Shown here piece after piece: positions 49,885 through 61,040 of a stretch of DNA of 64,000 bases. The stretch is from contig JAVKOQ020000043.1 of the NCBI GenBank assembly GCA_031835245.2, forward strand, positions 1 to 64,000, in the 5' to 3' direction. Source of the DNA: Balamuthia mandrillaris. Taxonomy: Eukaryota. Made by a program: the position numbers and the translations under genes. Every line of letters starts with the position of its first letter. Within the stretch, counting starts at the first letter, position 1. The notes beneath the pieces are model-generated. The model saw only the letters and a list, made by a program, of their open reading frames with translations. It searched no databases and was not told the DNA's origin.

Positions 49885-51150
49885 GTTCTCTGCTCTCTGC
49901 TCTCTGCTCTCTGCTCTCTGCTCTCTGCTCTCTGCTCTCTCCTCTCTCCTCTCTGCTCTCTCCTCTCTGCTCTCTGCTCTCTGCTCTCTGCTCTCTGCTC
50001 TCTGCTCTCTGCTCTCTGCTCTCTGCTCTCTGCTCTCCTCTGCTCTCTCCTCTCTCCTCTCTCCTCTCCTCTCTGCTCTCTGCTCTCTGCTCTCTGCTCT
50101 CTGCTCTCTCTCCCTCTCTCCTCTCTCTCTCTCCTCTCTCCTCTCTGCTCTCTGCTCTCTGCTCTCTGCTCTGCTCTCTGCTCTCTGCTCTCCCTTCTCT
50201 GCTCTCTGCTCTCTGCTCTCTGCTCTCTGCTCTCTGCTCTCTGCTCTCTGCTCTCTGCTCTCTGCTCTCTGCTCTCTGCTCTCTGCTCTCTGCTCTCTGC
50301 TCTCTGCCTCTGCTCTCTGCTCTCTGCTCTCTCTCTGCTCTCTGCTCTCTCTCTCTCCTCTCTCCTCTCTGTCTCTTCTCTCTCTCTGCTCTCTGCTCTC
50401 TCCTCTCTCCTCTCTCCTCTCTCCTCTCTGCTCTCTGCTCTCTGCTCTCTGCTCTCTGCTCTCTCCTCTCTCCTCTCTGCTCTCTCCTCTCTCTCTCTCC
50501 TCTCTGCTCTCTCCTCTCTCCTCTCTCTGCTCTCTGCCTCTCTGCTCTCTGCTCTCTGCCTCTGCTCTCTGCTCTCTGCTCTCTGCTCTCTGCTCTCTGC
50601 TCTCTGCTCTCTCCCTCTCTGCTCTCTGCTCTCTCCTCTCTCCTCTCTCCCCTCTGCTCTCTGCTCTCTGCTCTCTCTCTCTGCTCTCTCCCTCTCTCCC
50701 TCTCTCCTCTCTCCTCTCTCCCTCTCTGCTCTCTGCTCTCTGCTCTCTGCTCTGCCTCTCCTCTCTCCTCTCTGCTCTCTCCTCTCCTCCCTCTCTCCTC
50801 TCTCCTCTCTCCTCTCTCCTCTCTCCTTTCTCTTGTTCTCCCATCTCCCCTCTCCTCCCGTCTCCCGTCTCCCATCTCCTCCCGTCTCCTGTATTCTGTC
50901 TCCTGTCTCCTGTCTCCCGTCTCCCGTCTCCCGTCTCCCGTCTCCCGTCTCCCGTCTGCCGTCTCCCGTCTCCCGTCTCCCGTCTCCGTCTCCGTCTCCC
51001 GTCTCCCGTCTCCCGTCTCCCGTCTCCCGCCTCCCGTCTCCCGTCTCCCGTCTCCCGTCTCCCGTCTCCGCCTCCCGTCTCCCGTCTCCCGTCTCCCGTC
51101 TCCCGTCTCCCCGTCTCCCGTCTCCGCTCCCGTCTCCCGTCTCCCGTCTC
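49885..51150. repeat. Compound 7-mer satellite: (CTCTCTG)n/(CTCTCTC)n switching to (CTCCCGT)n
   Basis: About 1.3 kb of heptamer repeats; source of the 430-550 aa spurious ORFs. Confidence 0.95.
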
Positions 51151-51626
51151 CTGTATTCTGTCTCCTGTCTCCCATCTCCTCCCGTCTCCTGTATTCTGTC
51201 TCCTGTCTTCTGTGTCCCTCTCGCCTCTCCCCTCTCGCCTCCCCTCTCGCCTCTCCCCTCTCCCCTCTCTTCTCGTCTCCCCTATCCCATCTTCCCTCTC
51301 AGCTCGCCTGTCTCCTCCTGTCTCCCTCTAAGAGATCTCTCCGTCTCTGAGTTGCTTTTCAGTCTATTCTCCTTTGTTTACTGTCTGACACCACTACTAA
51401 CAACTATCACTTTTTTTCCTTTCTTTCTTTCTTTCTTTTATCTGCCTCTCTGTTGTTTTTCCTTATCATCATCAACTGACTCTTTTTGCCTTTAGATTAT
51501 CGTCCAACGCCAGCCATTTACAGCATTGTTGCCAGGTATTTCTTTTGCTCGTTATCTTTCAATTTCTCTTTCTCTCTGTCTCCCTCTTTATCTCTCTCTC
51601 TCTTTTTCTTTCTCTTTCTCTTTCTC

Positions 51627-51661
<35 letters not shown>

Positions 51662-52217
51662 TTCTCTCTCTCTCTCTCTCTTTCTCTTTCTCTTTCTCTT
51701 TCTCTTTCTCTTTCTCTTTCTCTTTCTCTTTCTCTTTCTCTTTCTCTTCTCTTTCTCTTTCTCTTTCTCTTTCTCTTTCTCTTTCTCTTTCTCTTTCTCT
51801 TTCTCTTTCTCTTTCTCCCTTTCTTGCTCCATCTTGCTTTCTCTTTTCATGTTGTTTAAATACTAAATGCTTCATCTTTGTTTTCCTGCCGCTATAGGTA
51901 AGCCAGTGGCATTGCTGAGAACGAGAATGGGAATGAGAACGAGAACAAGCAGGGACGGCGAACGAGAACGAGAACGAGAACAAGAACGAGATGAGAACAA
52001 GAATGAGAACAAGAACGAGAACGAGAACGAGAATGGAACGAGAATGAGAACGAGAAGAGAGCGAACGAAGAGACGAAACGAGAACGCGAAAGCGAACGAG
52101 ACTGGGAACGAGGACAAGAAAAAGAACAGCAGAACAACAGCAGAGGATGTGGATGGGTCTTTTGATTTGGGATTGGTTCGGAAAATAAACAATTTGAACA
52201 CTATTATGGTTCTTTGG

Positions 52218-52412
52218 TGTCTAAACAGCTATCTAAACACCTGTCTGAACACCTGTTTAAACATCTGTCTAAACAGCTGTCTAAACACCTGTCTAAACAC
52301 CTGTTTAGATAGCTGTATAAACAGATGACCATACAAGGAAAAATCGTTCCCTTTTATGCTATATGTCCATACACAGTGTATAGACAGGTGTTTAAACAGG
52401 TGTTTATACAGG
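52218..52412. repeat. Tandem array of a 12-bp unit (CTGTCTAAACAC), followed by about 3 inverted units
   Basis: About 8-9 units at 52218-52324, then tagacaggtgtttaaacaggtgtttatacagg at ~52381-52412. Confidence 0.85.
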
Positions 52413-52917
52413 TCCGATCATCCAACGGAGTATCCATATGAGGCTGATTGGGAAACACAAAAAGCTTTATTCGAAGGCGTAGAAGGTGTATGTGTAGGCG
52501 TAGAAGGCGTACATGGCGTTGAAGGCATCGAAGGTGTTGAAGGCGTATAAGGAGTAGAAGGTGTAGGCGTAGGTGGCATCCATCGTGCACGTTTTTTTTT
52601 TTCTCTGTGACCTTTTTTTCCGCTCGTTTTTTTCTCTTTTTCGCTTGTTCCAACGTCTTTTTCGCTGAGCAGCCAGTTGTCATTGCCTTTCCTCCTTCTC
52701 TTCCCTTTCTCATTTCTTTTTGGCTCGCTCCTGCTCATACACAGCTCGGCTTCGCTTCATCTTCACTTTGAATCATTATTGGCTGTAATAGAATAGTAAA
52801 TCAAAGCATCTGGGCCAATGGCAATGATGGTCGGCAGCAAATGTGCCAATCCCATAAGCAAAGTTCTACTCACTTTTGGATAAATAGTTGTGTCAGAAAT
52901 TTCTACAGACGACAATG

Positions 52918-53322
52918 CAATCGAAGCCAGTTATCGAGATTAAAGAGAACCTCTGGCGTGCCGGTAAAGACGTGCCTGCAACGACCCCACCTTTCTTTCG
53001 CAGAGACGCAAAAGCCACTGACGCCCTCCTTAGCCAATACGGGCCAGTTATCTGTGTGTATGGATGCAAGTCCCAGCTCAAACTTAAACCCACTACCTCA
53101 GAACAACTTCATCATAATCTCAAAAACCCATTTGATAAAACTGTTGAGGAGTTGGATGAAATGGGAAATGTAGATGACTGGCAAGATTATGATGGTTACT
53201 ACAACGATACTGAAGTTGGCTTATTTCAGCGTGGGAGACAAAAGATTGAATTAAAATATGTATTTGCTAGGATGCAAGATTATACTGGCACTTTTAGTGT
53301 GTTTTCAGAACAAAAAAATTAA
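52918..53322 (+). CDS. Hypothetical intronless protein (~135 aa)
   Basis: Non-repetitive open frame within ORF 52888-53322 (..MQSKPVIEIKENLWRAGKD...FSVFSEQKN). No recognisable motif; start position approximate. Confidence 0.35.
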   Translation, partial: QSKPVIEIKENLWRAGKDVPATTPPFFRRDAKATDALLSQYGPVICVYGCKSQLKLKPTTSEQLHHNLKNPFDKTVEELDEMGNVDDWQDYDGYYNDTEVGLFQRGRQKIELKYVFARMQDYTGTFSVFSEQKN

Positions 53323-53719
53323 ATCTTGTGCCTTTCTGAGCCGCTCTCTTTACCACGCCGCGTTGTCTTTGTACACCTCTTCTTCGCCTCGTTTCTCCTT
53401 TATGTATTCCATGATGACTTGCAAGTTCTTAGGTGGTTCGTTGCGTTGTGGCAGCACTTGTTTTGATTGGCTTGGACGCACTCGCTTGCGGCATTTCCAC
53501 TGTACCAGATGCTATGCAAGCTGTCGTTTGGGAAGAGCGACATAGTGGTAGACAGAGGAGAGAAAAAAAGTTGGTCGCCCTTCACCCGAAAAGTTGGCCC
53601 TTCGCGCGCCTCTCTTCCCTCGCCTCACGCCGCTCGCCTCAAATAACTTCCCGAAATTAACCAAAGGATATCAGTACGGTGCGAGAAAGGACAAAGGCGG
53701 GAGAGCGAACAAAGAAAAC

Positions 53720-53755
<36 letters not shown>

Positions 53756-53763
53756 AGAGAGAG

Positions 53764-55074
53764 ATGCAAAGAGGAAAAGGTGGTGCCGCTCAACCAGGGG
53801 GAAAGCGCAAACGCAAAGCCAGCCAACTGGCTGCTCAAGTGGTCTCTGCCGAGGGCACACTGCACGCCTCCGTTGCCTCCTCGGCCGCCTCCGCCGCCTC
53901 CTCTGCGGCGTCCAACCTCTCAAGGAAGAACGCCAAACTGCTGAGAAAAGCGGGAGGACAAGGCACCACCGCCATCAACAAGAAGAAGCAGAAATGGAGC
54001 TTCAAGGTCGTCTTCGACTCCCCTTACGCGCTTCGTTGGCCGCCGCTGGACGAGCCGACCCAAAGGGAGGTCTTGCAGAGGCTGACCCTCGAGTTTGGGG
54101 AGTACAAACGCAAAGCCAACCGACCCAATCGACGCACTCGCCTTCGCAAGAAGCGAAGAAAAGTGTCTCAGCAACCGCAACAACCAACAGAAGCTGCAGC
54201 CTCTGGAGCTTCGGTGGAACAAGTAAGAACGGGGACTGGTGTTGTGGGCTCAGACCCCGTCATACAACCACCACAGCAGCATGCAATGGAAGAGAAGATG
54301 CAGATTGCCTCGGAGAAATCGCAACAAGAAGAGGACAACCAATCTTCTTCTTCTCCTTCTCCTTCAGAGCAACCAAAGAGCAAAGAAAAAGAAGAGGAAG
54401 AACGGGAAGAGCAAGAGAAACAAAAAGAAAAGGCTAAAAGGACACGCAGGCAACAGCTGCTCCGCCGGAAGGTCTGCCTGGGGATCAACGCCGTGACCAA
54501 AGCCCTGGAAAAGGGCCGCCCGTTGCGGCTGCTCGTCGTTTGTCGCGATGTCAAACCGCCGCGTCTCGTGCAGCACCTGCCATCCATGGCCTTTGTCAAC
54601 GACGTCCCTTTGTGCATTCTTGGTGGAGGAGGAGGAGAGGATGCTTCAAGTCCTAGCATTCACTTGGGAAGATGCTTCGGCCTGAGAACGGTTGCCGCTC
54701 TCGCTTTCTTTGCTGATGATAACGAAGGCAAGAATGAGAAGCAGAAAGAAAGTGATGCAACCACGAACGCGAACGATAGTAAAGAGACAACGAGTTCAGG
54801 ACGGGTGACGGAAGAAATAAGCGAAGAAGAGGAAAGAGAAGCAAGAGAGGCAGAGGCACGATTGGAAGAGTTGATAAAATGGTTAGAAGGAAAAGCGGTT
54901 AAGCTGGACATTCCTTGGCTGGAAGGATGTAAGAAGGCAAAGGAGAAAGTGGAGGAAGCATCCTCCGCAACCGAGAAGAAGCGTGATGACGACCACAAAA
55001 GCACAGGAGCAGAGGTTGACGCGAAGCTTTGGCCATTGCAAGTTAAACAAACGGGACCAAAGCGCTCTTCTTGA
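53764..55074 (+). CDS. RPP38: RNase P/MRP subunit RPP38/Pop3-like (L7Ae family)
   Basis: SPYALRWPPL..QREVLQRL N-terminal motif and an L7Ae domain LGINAVTKALEKG..LLVVCRDVKPPRLVQHLP..LGRCFGLRTVAALAF. Confidence 0.8.
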   Translation: MQRGKGGAAQPGGKRKRKASQLAAQVVSAEGTLHASVASSAASAASSAASNLSRKNAKLLRKAGGQGTTAINKKKQKWSFKVVFDSPYALRWPPLDEPTQREVLQRLTLEFGEYKRKANRPNRRTRLRKKRRKVSQQPQQPTEAAASGASVEQVRTGTGVVGSDPVIQPPQQHAMEEKMQIASEKSQQEEDNQSSSSPSPSEQPKSKEKEEEEREEQEKQKEKAKRTRRQQLLRRKVCLGINAVTKALEKGRPLRLLVVCRDVKPPRLVQHLPSMAFVNDVPLCILGGGGGEDASSPSIHLGRCFGLRTVAALAFFADDNEGKNEKQKESDATTNANDSKETTSSGRVTEEISEEEEREAREAEARLEELIKWLEGKAVKLDIPWLEGCKKAKEKVEEASSATEKKRDDDHKSTGAEVDAKLWPLQVKQTGPKRSS

Positions 55075-55183
55075 CAAACTCCTGTTTGTCTTTTTGTTTT
55101 ACTCAAAAAAAAAGCTTTTCTTATTCTGCAAAAGGATCATAGACATTTTTGTTACAGGTCATCGTTCTCTCTCTCTTTGCGGT

Positions 55184-56457
55184 TTACTTTCGGTAAACAT
55201 CCTTTCTCGCTGCGAAACTTCGCGTTTGTGGTTTCGCTTCCGTTGTTTCCTGTTCTTTCTCTCCTCCATTACTTTTACCATCAGCAACAGCAGCGCCGCC
55301 AGAAGAACCCCTCCATTCTGTTCTCTGCAAACTGGCATGTTTACGCAATGCGACTCCTTGTTGGGAGGACGGGAGTGGTTTTGGCGTTTGTTGTTTTGTT
55401 TGAGGTTCAGGCGAAGAGGATGGTGAAGAAGAAGAAGAAGAGGGAGAATGTGGAGAGCCTTTCCATTCGTGCCGTTGTAGACTGGCATGCTTTCTCAAGG
55501 CAGGAGCTGGTTTGGGTGTTTGCTCTTTTTTAGCTCCTCCATCTGCTCCTTCTTCTTGTTTTGTGGAACCAGGACCGCGTGGAGTGCAAGGCAAGGAGAC
55601 GCTCCCGCCTTGTGAAGAGGAGAGGGAGCCTTTCCATTCGTGCCGCTGTAAGCTTGCATGTTTGCGCAGAGGAGCTCCACTGGGCGCTTGTTTCGGGCTT
55701 CCACTTCCTTTTTGGTCCTTTTGCATGGAGTCATGTCGTTGCTTCCATCCTCGAACGTCAGCACCGGAAGTTGAAGTAGAAGAGGAAGAGTTTCGCAACG
55801 CTTCTTCCAGAGAGGATATGGAGTGCACTGCTCTTTCTCTGCCTTTGCTAGGCGATGCAGCGTCATCTCCCTCCTCTTCGTCCCCATCATCATCATTCCC
55901 ACCGGAAGAAGACGAGACAAGAGGCAAGCTGTTCAGCCAACGTCTTCGTTTGCCTCCTCCATGGACTCCTTTGATCTTTCTGTTCTTCTTCTGAAAGGCC
56001 TCCCATTGTCGCAGCTCCTCCTCCGTGAGCGGTGAGGAGAGAGTGGAACGAGTGGGATGACTCCCTCCCGATCCGCTCTCCACAAACTTCTTGAACTCCT
56101 CCGCTCTCTGTTGGGAGATCTCCTCTTTTTCCTTCTCCTCCTCCAGCAATGCTTTCAGCCGCAACTCAGCCTCTTTTTGCAGCTCCAAACGTTCCATTAC
56201 AGACATACCGGAGAGCAAGTTGGAGCGAAGAGATTCCCTGGTTTGGCTTTCGTCTTCTTCGTCTTCCTTGTCATCGACTCCGCTTTTGCCTCGTGTTAAG
56301 GAGAGGGAATGTCCGTGAACTCGTATTTCTGTGTACTTCTCGTCTATGAGTAGCTTTGCTTGCTCTGCTTTCTTCTTTGCGACCTCTGTTAAGTGCTCTG
56401 ATGATGATTTGTTTAAACAACATGAGTAATGCCCACAACAATAGCGAAGAAAGCGTG

Positions 56458-56492
<35 letters not shown>

Positions 56493-57733
56493 CGGGAAGG
56501 TTTAAGTACTGTCTTGCGATTCTTCTTGATGTTTGGTGGCTTGAATGCATTGACGTAGGTCTCGTACCCATTCTTCCTTGTCAGCAGGCGTTGATGCACA
56601 CAACCAATAAATATCTCGAGGAGTTACCAACTTGTTTGCGCAAGAACAGGGTAAGTTCGTGCTTTGTTGTGACGATGAAGAGACGAAAGAAGAAAATGAG
56701 ATAATATACCTCGAAGCCATTTTGCTTGTCTCCATCATCCCCAACGTTAACGACAGACGTTCTGCTGAGACTCAACCGACCTTCAACCTCGACTGTGCTC
56801 TGGGCTAACGCTGCGCGTCGTAAGTTAACCTTGCTGCCACTGGGCTGACCTTTCTTGGAGGCATGTTGTTGCGGAAGTTTGCAGGAGAGAATCATGTCGT
56901 TGAAGAGGATGAACCACTTCTCCACCATTTCGCCTTTCTCGTTGACCAGTTTGAGGGACCCTTCTCGCACGAATCGTCGATGTGGATCTATGATGCTCTA
57001 TATGACATTTGTTTGTTTGGATGGGAGACATAAGGAATTAGGAGAGAGAGAGAGAGAGTGAGAGAGAGAGAGAGAAGACAGGAAGAGAGCAAGTGAAACA
57101 CAAAACAACAGAGAGAGGTGAAGTACCAAGCCTTGATTGATAAGTCCAGACTGTATAGCCATCACTTTCTGTACGCTCTGTGCATCTCTGACCTTCTCGT
57201 TGATGTTATGGGCCGTCTTCTTGATGCTCTCCAACGCCTCCTGAAGGTTGCTGTGATCCAAATGATCCTTCCACGTGTGCTTCAACAGGTCCTGAAGCAG
57301 GAGCTGGTAGCGAGGGATCCGTTGAATGGGAACCACCAAAAGGGTTCCGATCTTGACGCCCTCCATCCCCAAGTCCTTCATTCCTTTCTCCACAAACATG
57401 GAAAAGCGAGATGACTTCTTATAGGTCTGTTTTTGTTTTTCAGTTAGGACAGTAAATAACAACAGAACAAAAGGAAACAAGGAAGGGAATAACAAAAAAA
57501 AAAGATACCTCCAAAAGGTTGATCGCTTCGCCAAAGTGAATGGCATAGTCGCTGTAGACGTTGAGCAAACCCGCTCGTTTGATGAAGATATCGCCTATCA
57601 GTTGGTTTGGGAACCAGTTCTTCTCCACTCGTTCGGCCAAAGCCTCGCTTAGTTCTGTGTTGATCTGAAATATCACCTCTATCTTTGAGAAAATGATTTT
57701 TGTCTGTTTTGAAAGAAAGCAATAAGAGCTGGT

Positions 57734-57775
<42 letters not shown>

Positions 57776-57875
57776 GAGAGGGAGAGAGAGAGGGAGAGAG
57801 AGAGGAGAGAGAGAGGAGAGAAAGAGAAAGAGAAAGAGAAAGAGAAAGAGAAAGAGAAAGAGAAAGAGAAAGAGA

Positions 57876-57917
<42 letters not shown>

Positions 57918-58531
57918 GAGAGAATAAAAAAAGGGATGAAAGATAAAGAAGAAGAGTGCAAGTACCTCGGATTCGCCGAGGAGAGGCCGGCCTTGCTGGG
58001 CAGCTTCTTTCAGCGGGTTTAGAAAGACCTTCAGATAAAAAGGGGTTGGCAGAGTAAATACGTTTAATAAGAGAGAAGAGAGAAAGAGAGAGAAGACAGG
58101 AAGAGAGCATGGAGAAGGAAAAAGAGAGAGGAGAAGAGAGAGAAGCAAAGAGAAACATAGAGGAGCAAAGAAATGAGAGAGATTGAGAAGACATACGTCA
58201 ATGACTTGTTTGAGTTGCTGCAAGTAGGAGCGCTCCGTGGCCAACATCTCCTGCACGATCAATGTGCGATACTTGTGCAACTTCACTGTTATTTTCACGA
58301 CCAACAACAACAACACATAACGTGGTTAACGGATGGATTAACGATAAAAATAAAAAGCTCGTTATAGGCAGGGCTTGTCATTATTTTCACTTTTCGGTCG
58401 GTCGGGGGGAGAGGGAAGCCACACGCACCTAGCTTGCGGTACTCTGTTGTCAGGGCATAGCGACGCCAGGCCGATTGTATGGTCTTGGCGGCTTTGGTCT
58501 GGTGCCACTTGGTGTCTCTGATTTGACTCAT
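55184..58531 (-). CDS. IQ-DH-PH Rho guanine-nucleotide exchange factor
   Basis: IQ motif AAKTIQSAWRRY; DH IVQEMLATERSYLQQL, IGDIF, LLVVPIQRIPRYQLLLQDLLKHT, INEKVR; PH RRFVREGSL..FILFNDMIL..DKEEWVRDL. Confidence 0.93.
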
Positions 58532-59040
58532 TCTTCCTTCCTTCCTTTCTACTCCACCACCGTTATTTTATTATTATAATAATGTGTTTTTTTTTTTGTG
58601 TTTTTTTTCGGGTCCTTCTCTATATATAAATTATTATTATTATTTCAATTCAATATGATGATAATAGTTATTATAGACTTCCCCTCCAGCGCTGCCTCTT
58701 GAGGGCAGTTCGTTCCGTTTTTGCTTCAAACACTTTCTATCAACGCCTTTTCGATAAAGACACAACAACAGTTGTTTTTTCTTTATCGCATTTTCCGACC
58801 TTTTTTTTTATTATTTTTATTTTATATTGTTTCTCCTGTCGACATCTTTCATGACGACATGAATATTTCTTGTATAATTGAATGACGGAAACCTCATATT
58901 GTGACACAAACGAGACCAGTATCCAGAAGAAATTTGCCCAACCGGTACCGCTAAACATTCGGACAGAGCCTTCTTGCCCTTTTCTTTCTCTGGCAGCATC
59001 AGGGAATAGAACAAAAAAAATACTGGTAAAGCCAAAGGGA

Positions 59041-60106
59041 ATGTCGTTCCTGTCGGCGCAACACGCGGCCAAAGTCGTTCAGATGAACGGCTTCTACCAC
59101 CTCGAAGGTGCCTTTGACCCCCGCTACATCGCCCACCTTCACGCCGAGTTCATGCAGCACTTTGAGCATCACCTCCGCTCCCGCCCGAAGCCCAATCGCG
59201 GTCCCCATCGCTATCAGCTGCTCCTCCCCCTCAACGAGCTCTTCACGGCGGAGCGCCTCCTCTGCAACCCGGCCTTCTTCTCCGTCGTTCGCCTGCTCCT
59301 GGGAGAGGACTGCATCTTGGGGCTGATGTCCGCGCATGTGGCACTACCCGGCTGCGAGGAGCAGAACGCCCACATCGACTACGAGCCGCTCTTCGACACC
59401 TTCTTGCCCTTGCCTCCTTACTGCATCTATGTGCATGTGCCGTTGGTTGACATCACTGCTGAAAACGGTCCCACTGAGTTTTGGCAAGGTTTCTATTGTT
59501 CTGTAACCTCTTTGCTCTCCTCTGCTTCTTATATATTTTTTTATTCTTCATGTTCCAAAGGTTCACCGCATTTGGCGATAAGCTCGACCATCTCATCCCT
59601 GTCAGAGTTTCACACGTTGCCGCTTTCGGAGCTGCCCTCCACCGCGGTGTTGGCCAAGGCCGGGGATGTCATCATCAAGGACATGCGTTGCTTCCATAGA
59701 GGAACCGCCAATAAAAGCCAGCAACCGCGGCCCATGCTCAGCCTTGTTTATTGCAAGAAGTGGTATCGCATTCCTTATGGTTTGTTTCCTCCTTTCTTTC
59801 TCGTTGTTTCTTCTTCTTTCTTTCTTGCTTTCTTTCTTTCTTTCTTTCTTTGTTTCGGCCGTATCTTTCTCTTCGATGTGTTGATGGACGCGTCAAACAG
59901 AGAAACTGTACAGAGAGGAAGGCTATCCGGTCCATCGGATCCCCACCAGCTTGCAGCTCTCCTCCCAAGTGCGTTCGTTGCTGCGGTTCTGCGACCATTC
60001 CTCCCTTTCCTCCCTTGACAACAAAGAAGAGCAAGCACAAGAGCAGGACAAAATAGAGGAGGGCGAGGCGCATGCCAAGCTGGCCGAGCAACAGCAGCAA
60101 TATTGA
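59041..60106 (+). CDS. Phytanoyl-CoA dioxygenase (PhyH) family 2OG-Fe(II) enzyme
   Basis: GFYHLEGAF, QNAHID (HxD), VPLVDITAENGPTEFW, AKAGDVIIKD..FHRGTANKS..RPMLSLVY..W. Two introns at ~59489-59560 and ~59780-59899. Alternative start at 58882. Confidence 0.88.
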
Positions 60107-60277
60107 ACGACGCCTTTTCTTTCTTGTCGTTGTTGTTTTGTTTATGTCGTTTTGTTGAATACTTTTATTCAAATTTCTTTCTTTATTCATTCATATTTCT
60201 GTTTAAAACTTTTTATTTATTTTAATTTTACATTTTTAAAAGTATTAAAAAAACAAAACAACAAAAGTGAAGAGGGA

Positions 60278-60704
60278 ATGTCAGTCTATCCCTTGGACAA
60301 GAACAGAGAACTGCTGAAGCAGTACACCGACGAGGAGGGCGTCATTCATAAGATCTTCCGCCTCTACAGCCCTCAAGGCGAGCACATCGACATCGAGTAC
60401 GCTCTCTCTCACCTTTTCGCTTCTCTCCTCTCCTCTCTTCGCTCCTCTTCGCTTCTCTGCTTCTCTGCCTCTCTCTTCTCTGCTTCTCACAAATAACAAA
60501 CCACAAAGTGTGGAAGAGAAACTGCCACCCTCCATGCGACCAGAGCCAGAGAAGAGGCCATTCCTGGAGGGTGAGTACAGGCGGGTGATCTCGGAGGAGC
60601 AGCTGGAAGGGGGCTACCTCTACAAAACCGTCCTGGTGGACCGCACGGACGGCTGGCACGAGTATCGCATCACCGAAAAGATTCCTTCTAAAAAAGAAAA
60701 ATAA
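60278..60704 (+). CDS. Small two-exon hypothetical protein (~104 aa)
   Basis: GC-rich codon-like exons joined in frame by a GT..AG intron at 60397-60508: MSVYPLDKNRELL...HIDI-D-VEEKLPP...EKIPSKKEK*. Confidence 0.7.
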
Positions 60705-61040
60705 TGAAGAAAAGTTATCTTATGTTTTAAAAAAAATGTGTTTAGTGACTTTGTGCATTCAAAAAAATAATTAAAAAAGAATAAATAGGTGGTGGTGGTG
60801 TTGTGTTCATCAGCAACGTATGCAAAAAACAAAAACGAAGAGAGAAAGAGAAATGAATGAAGAAGAAGAAAAATACTATGCCATAAAGATAATAAAAAAA
60901 AGAGAGACGGATAAACTAAAGAGGCATCGCCCACAAAAAAAAAGTAATATACCGTTCCGCCCATTCTAGCTAAAGTTTTTTTTTTGAGGCATCTGCATCC
61001 AACGTCGTTATCGTCGTCGTCGATATTGTTGTTGTTTTTT

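Noticed and set aside
49462..51495. 430-550 aa ORFs on both strands
   Set aside because: Translations of 7-mer satellites.
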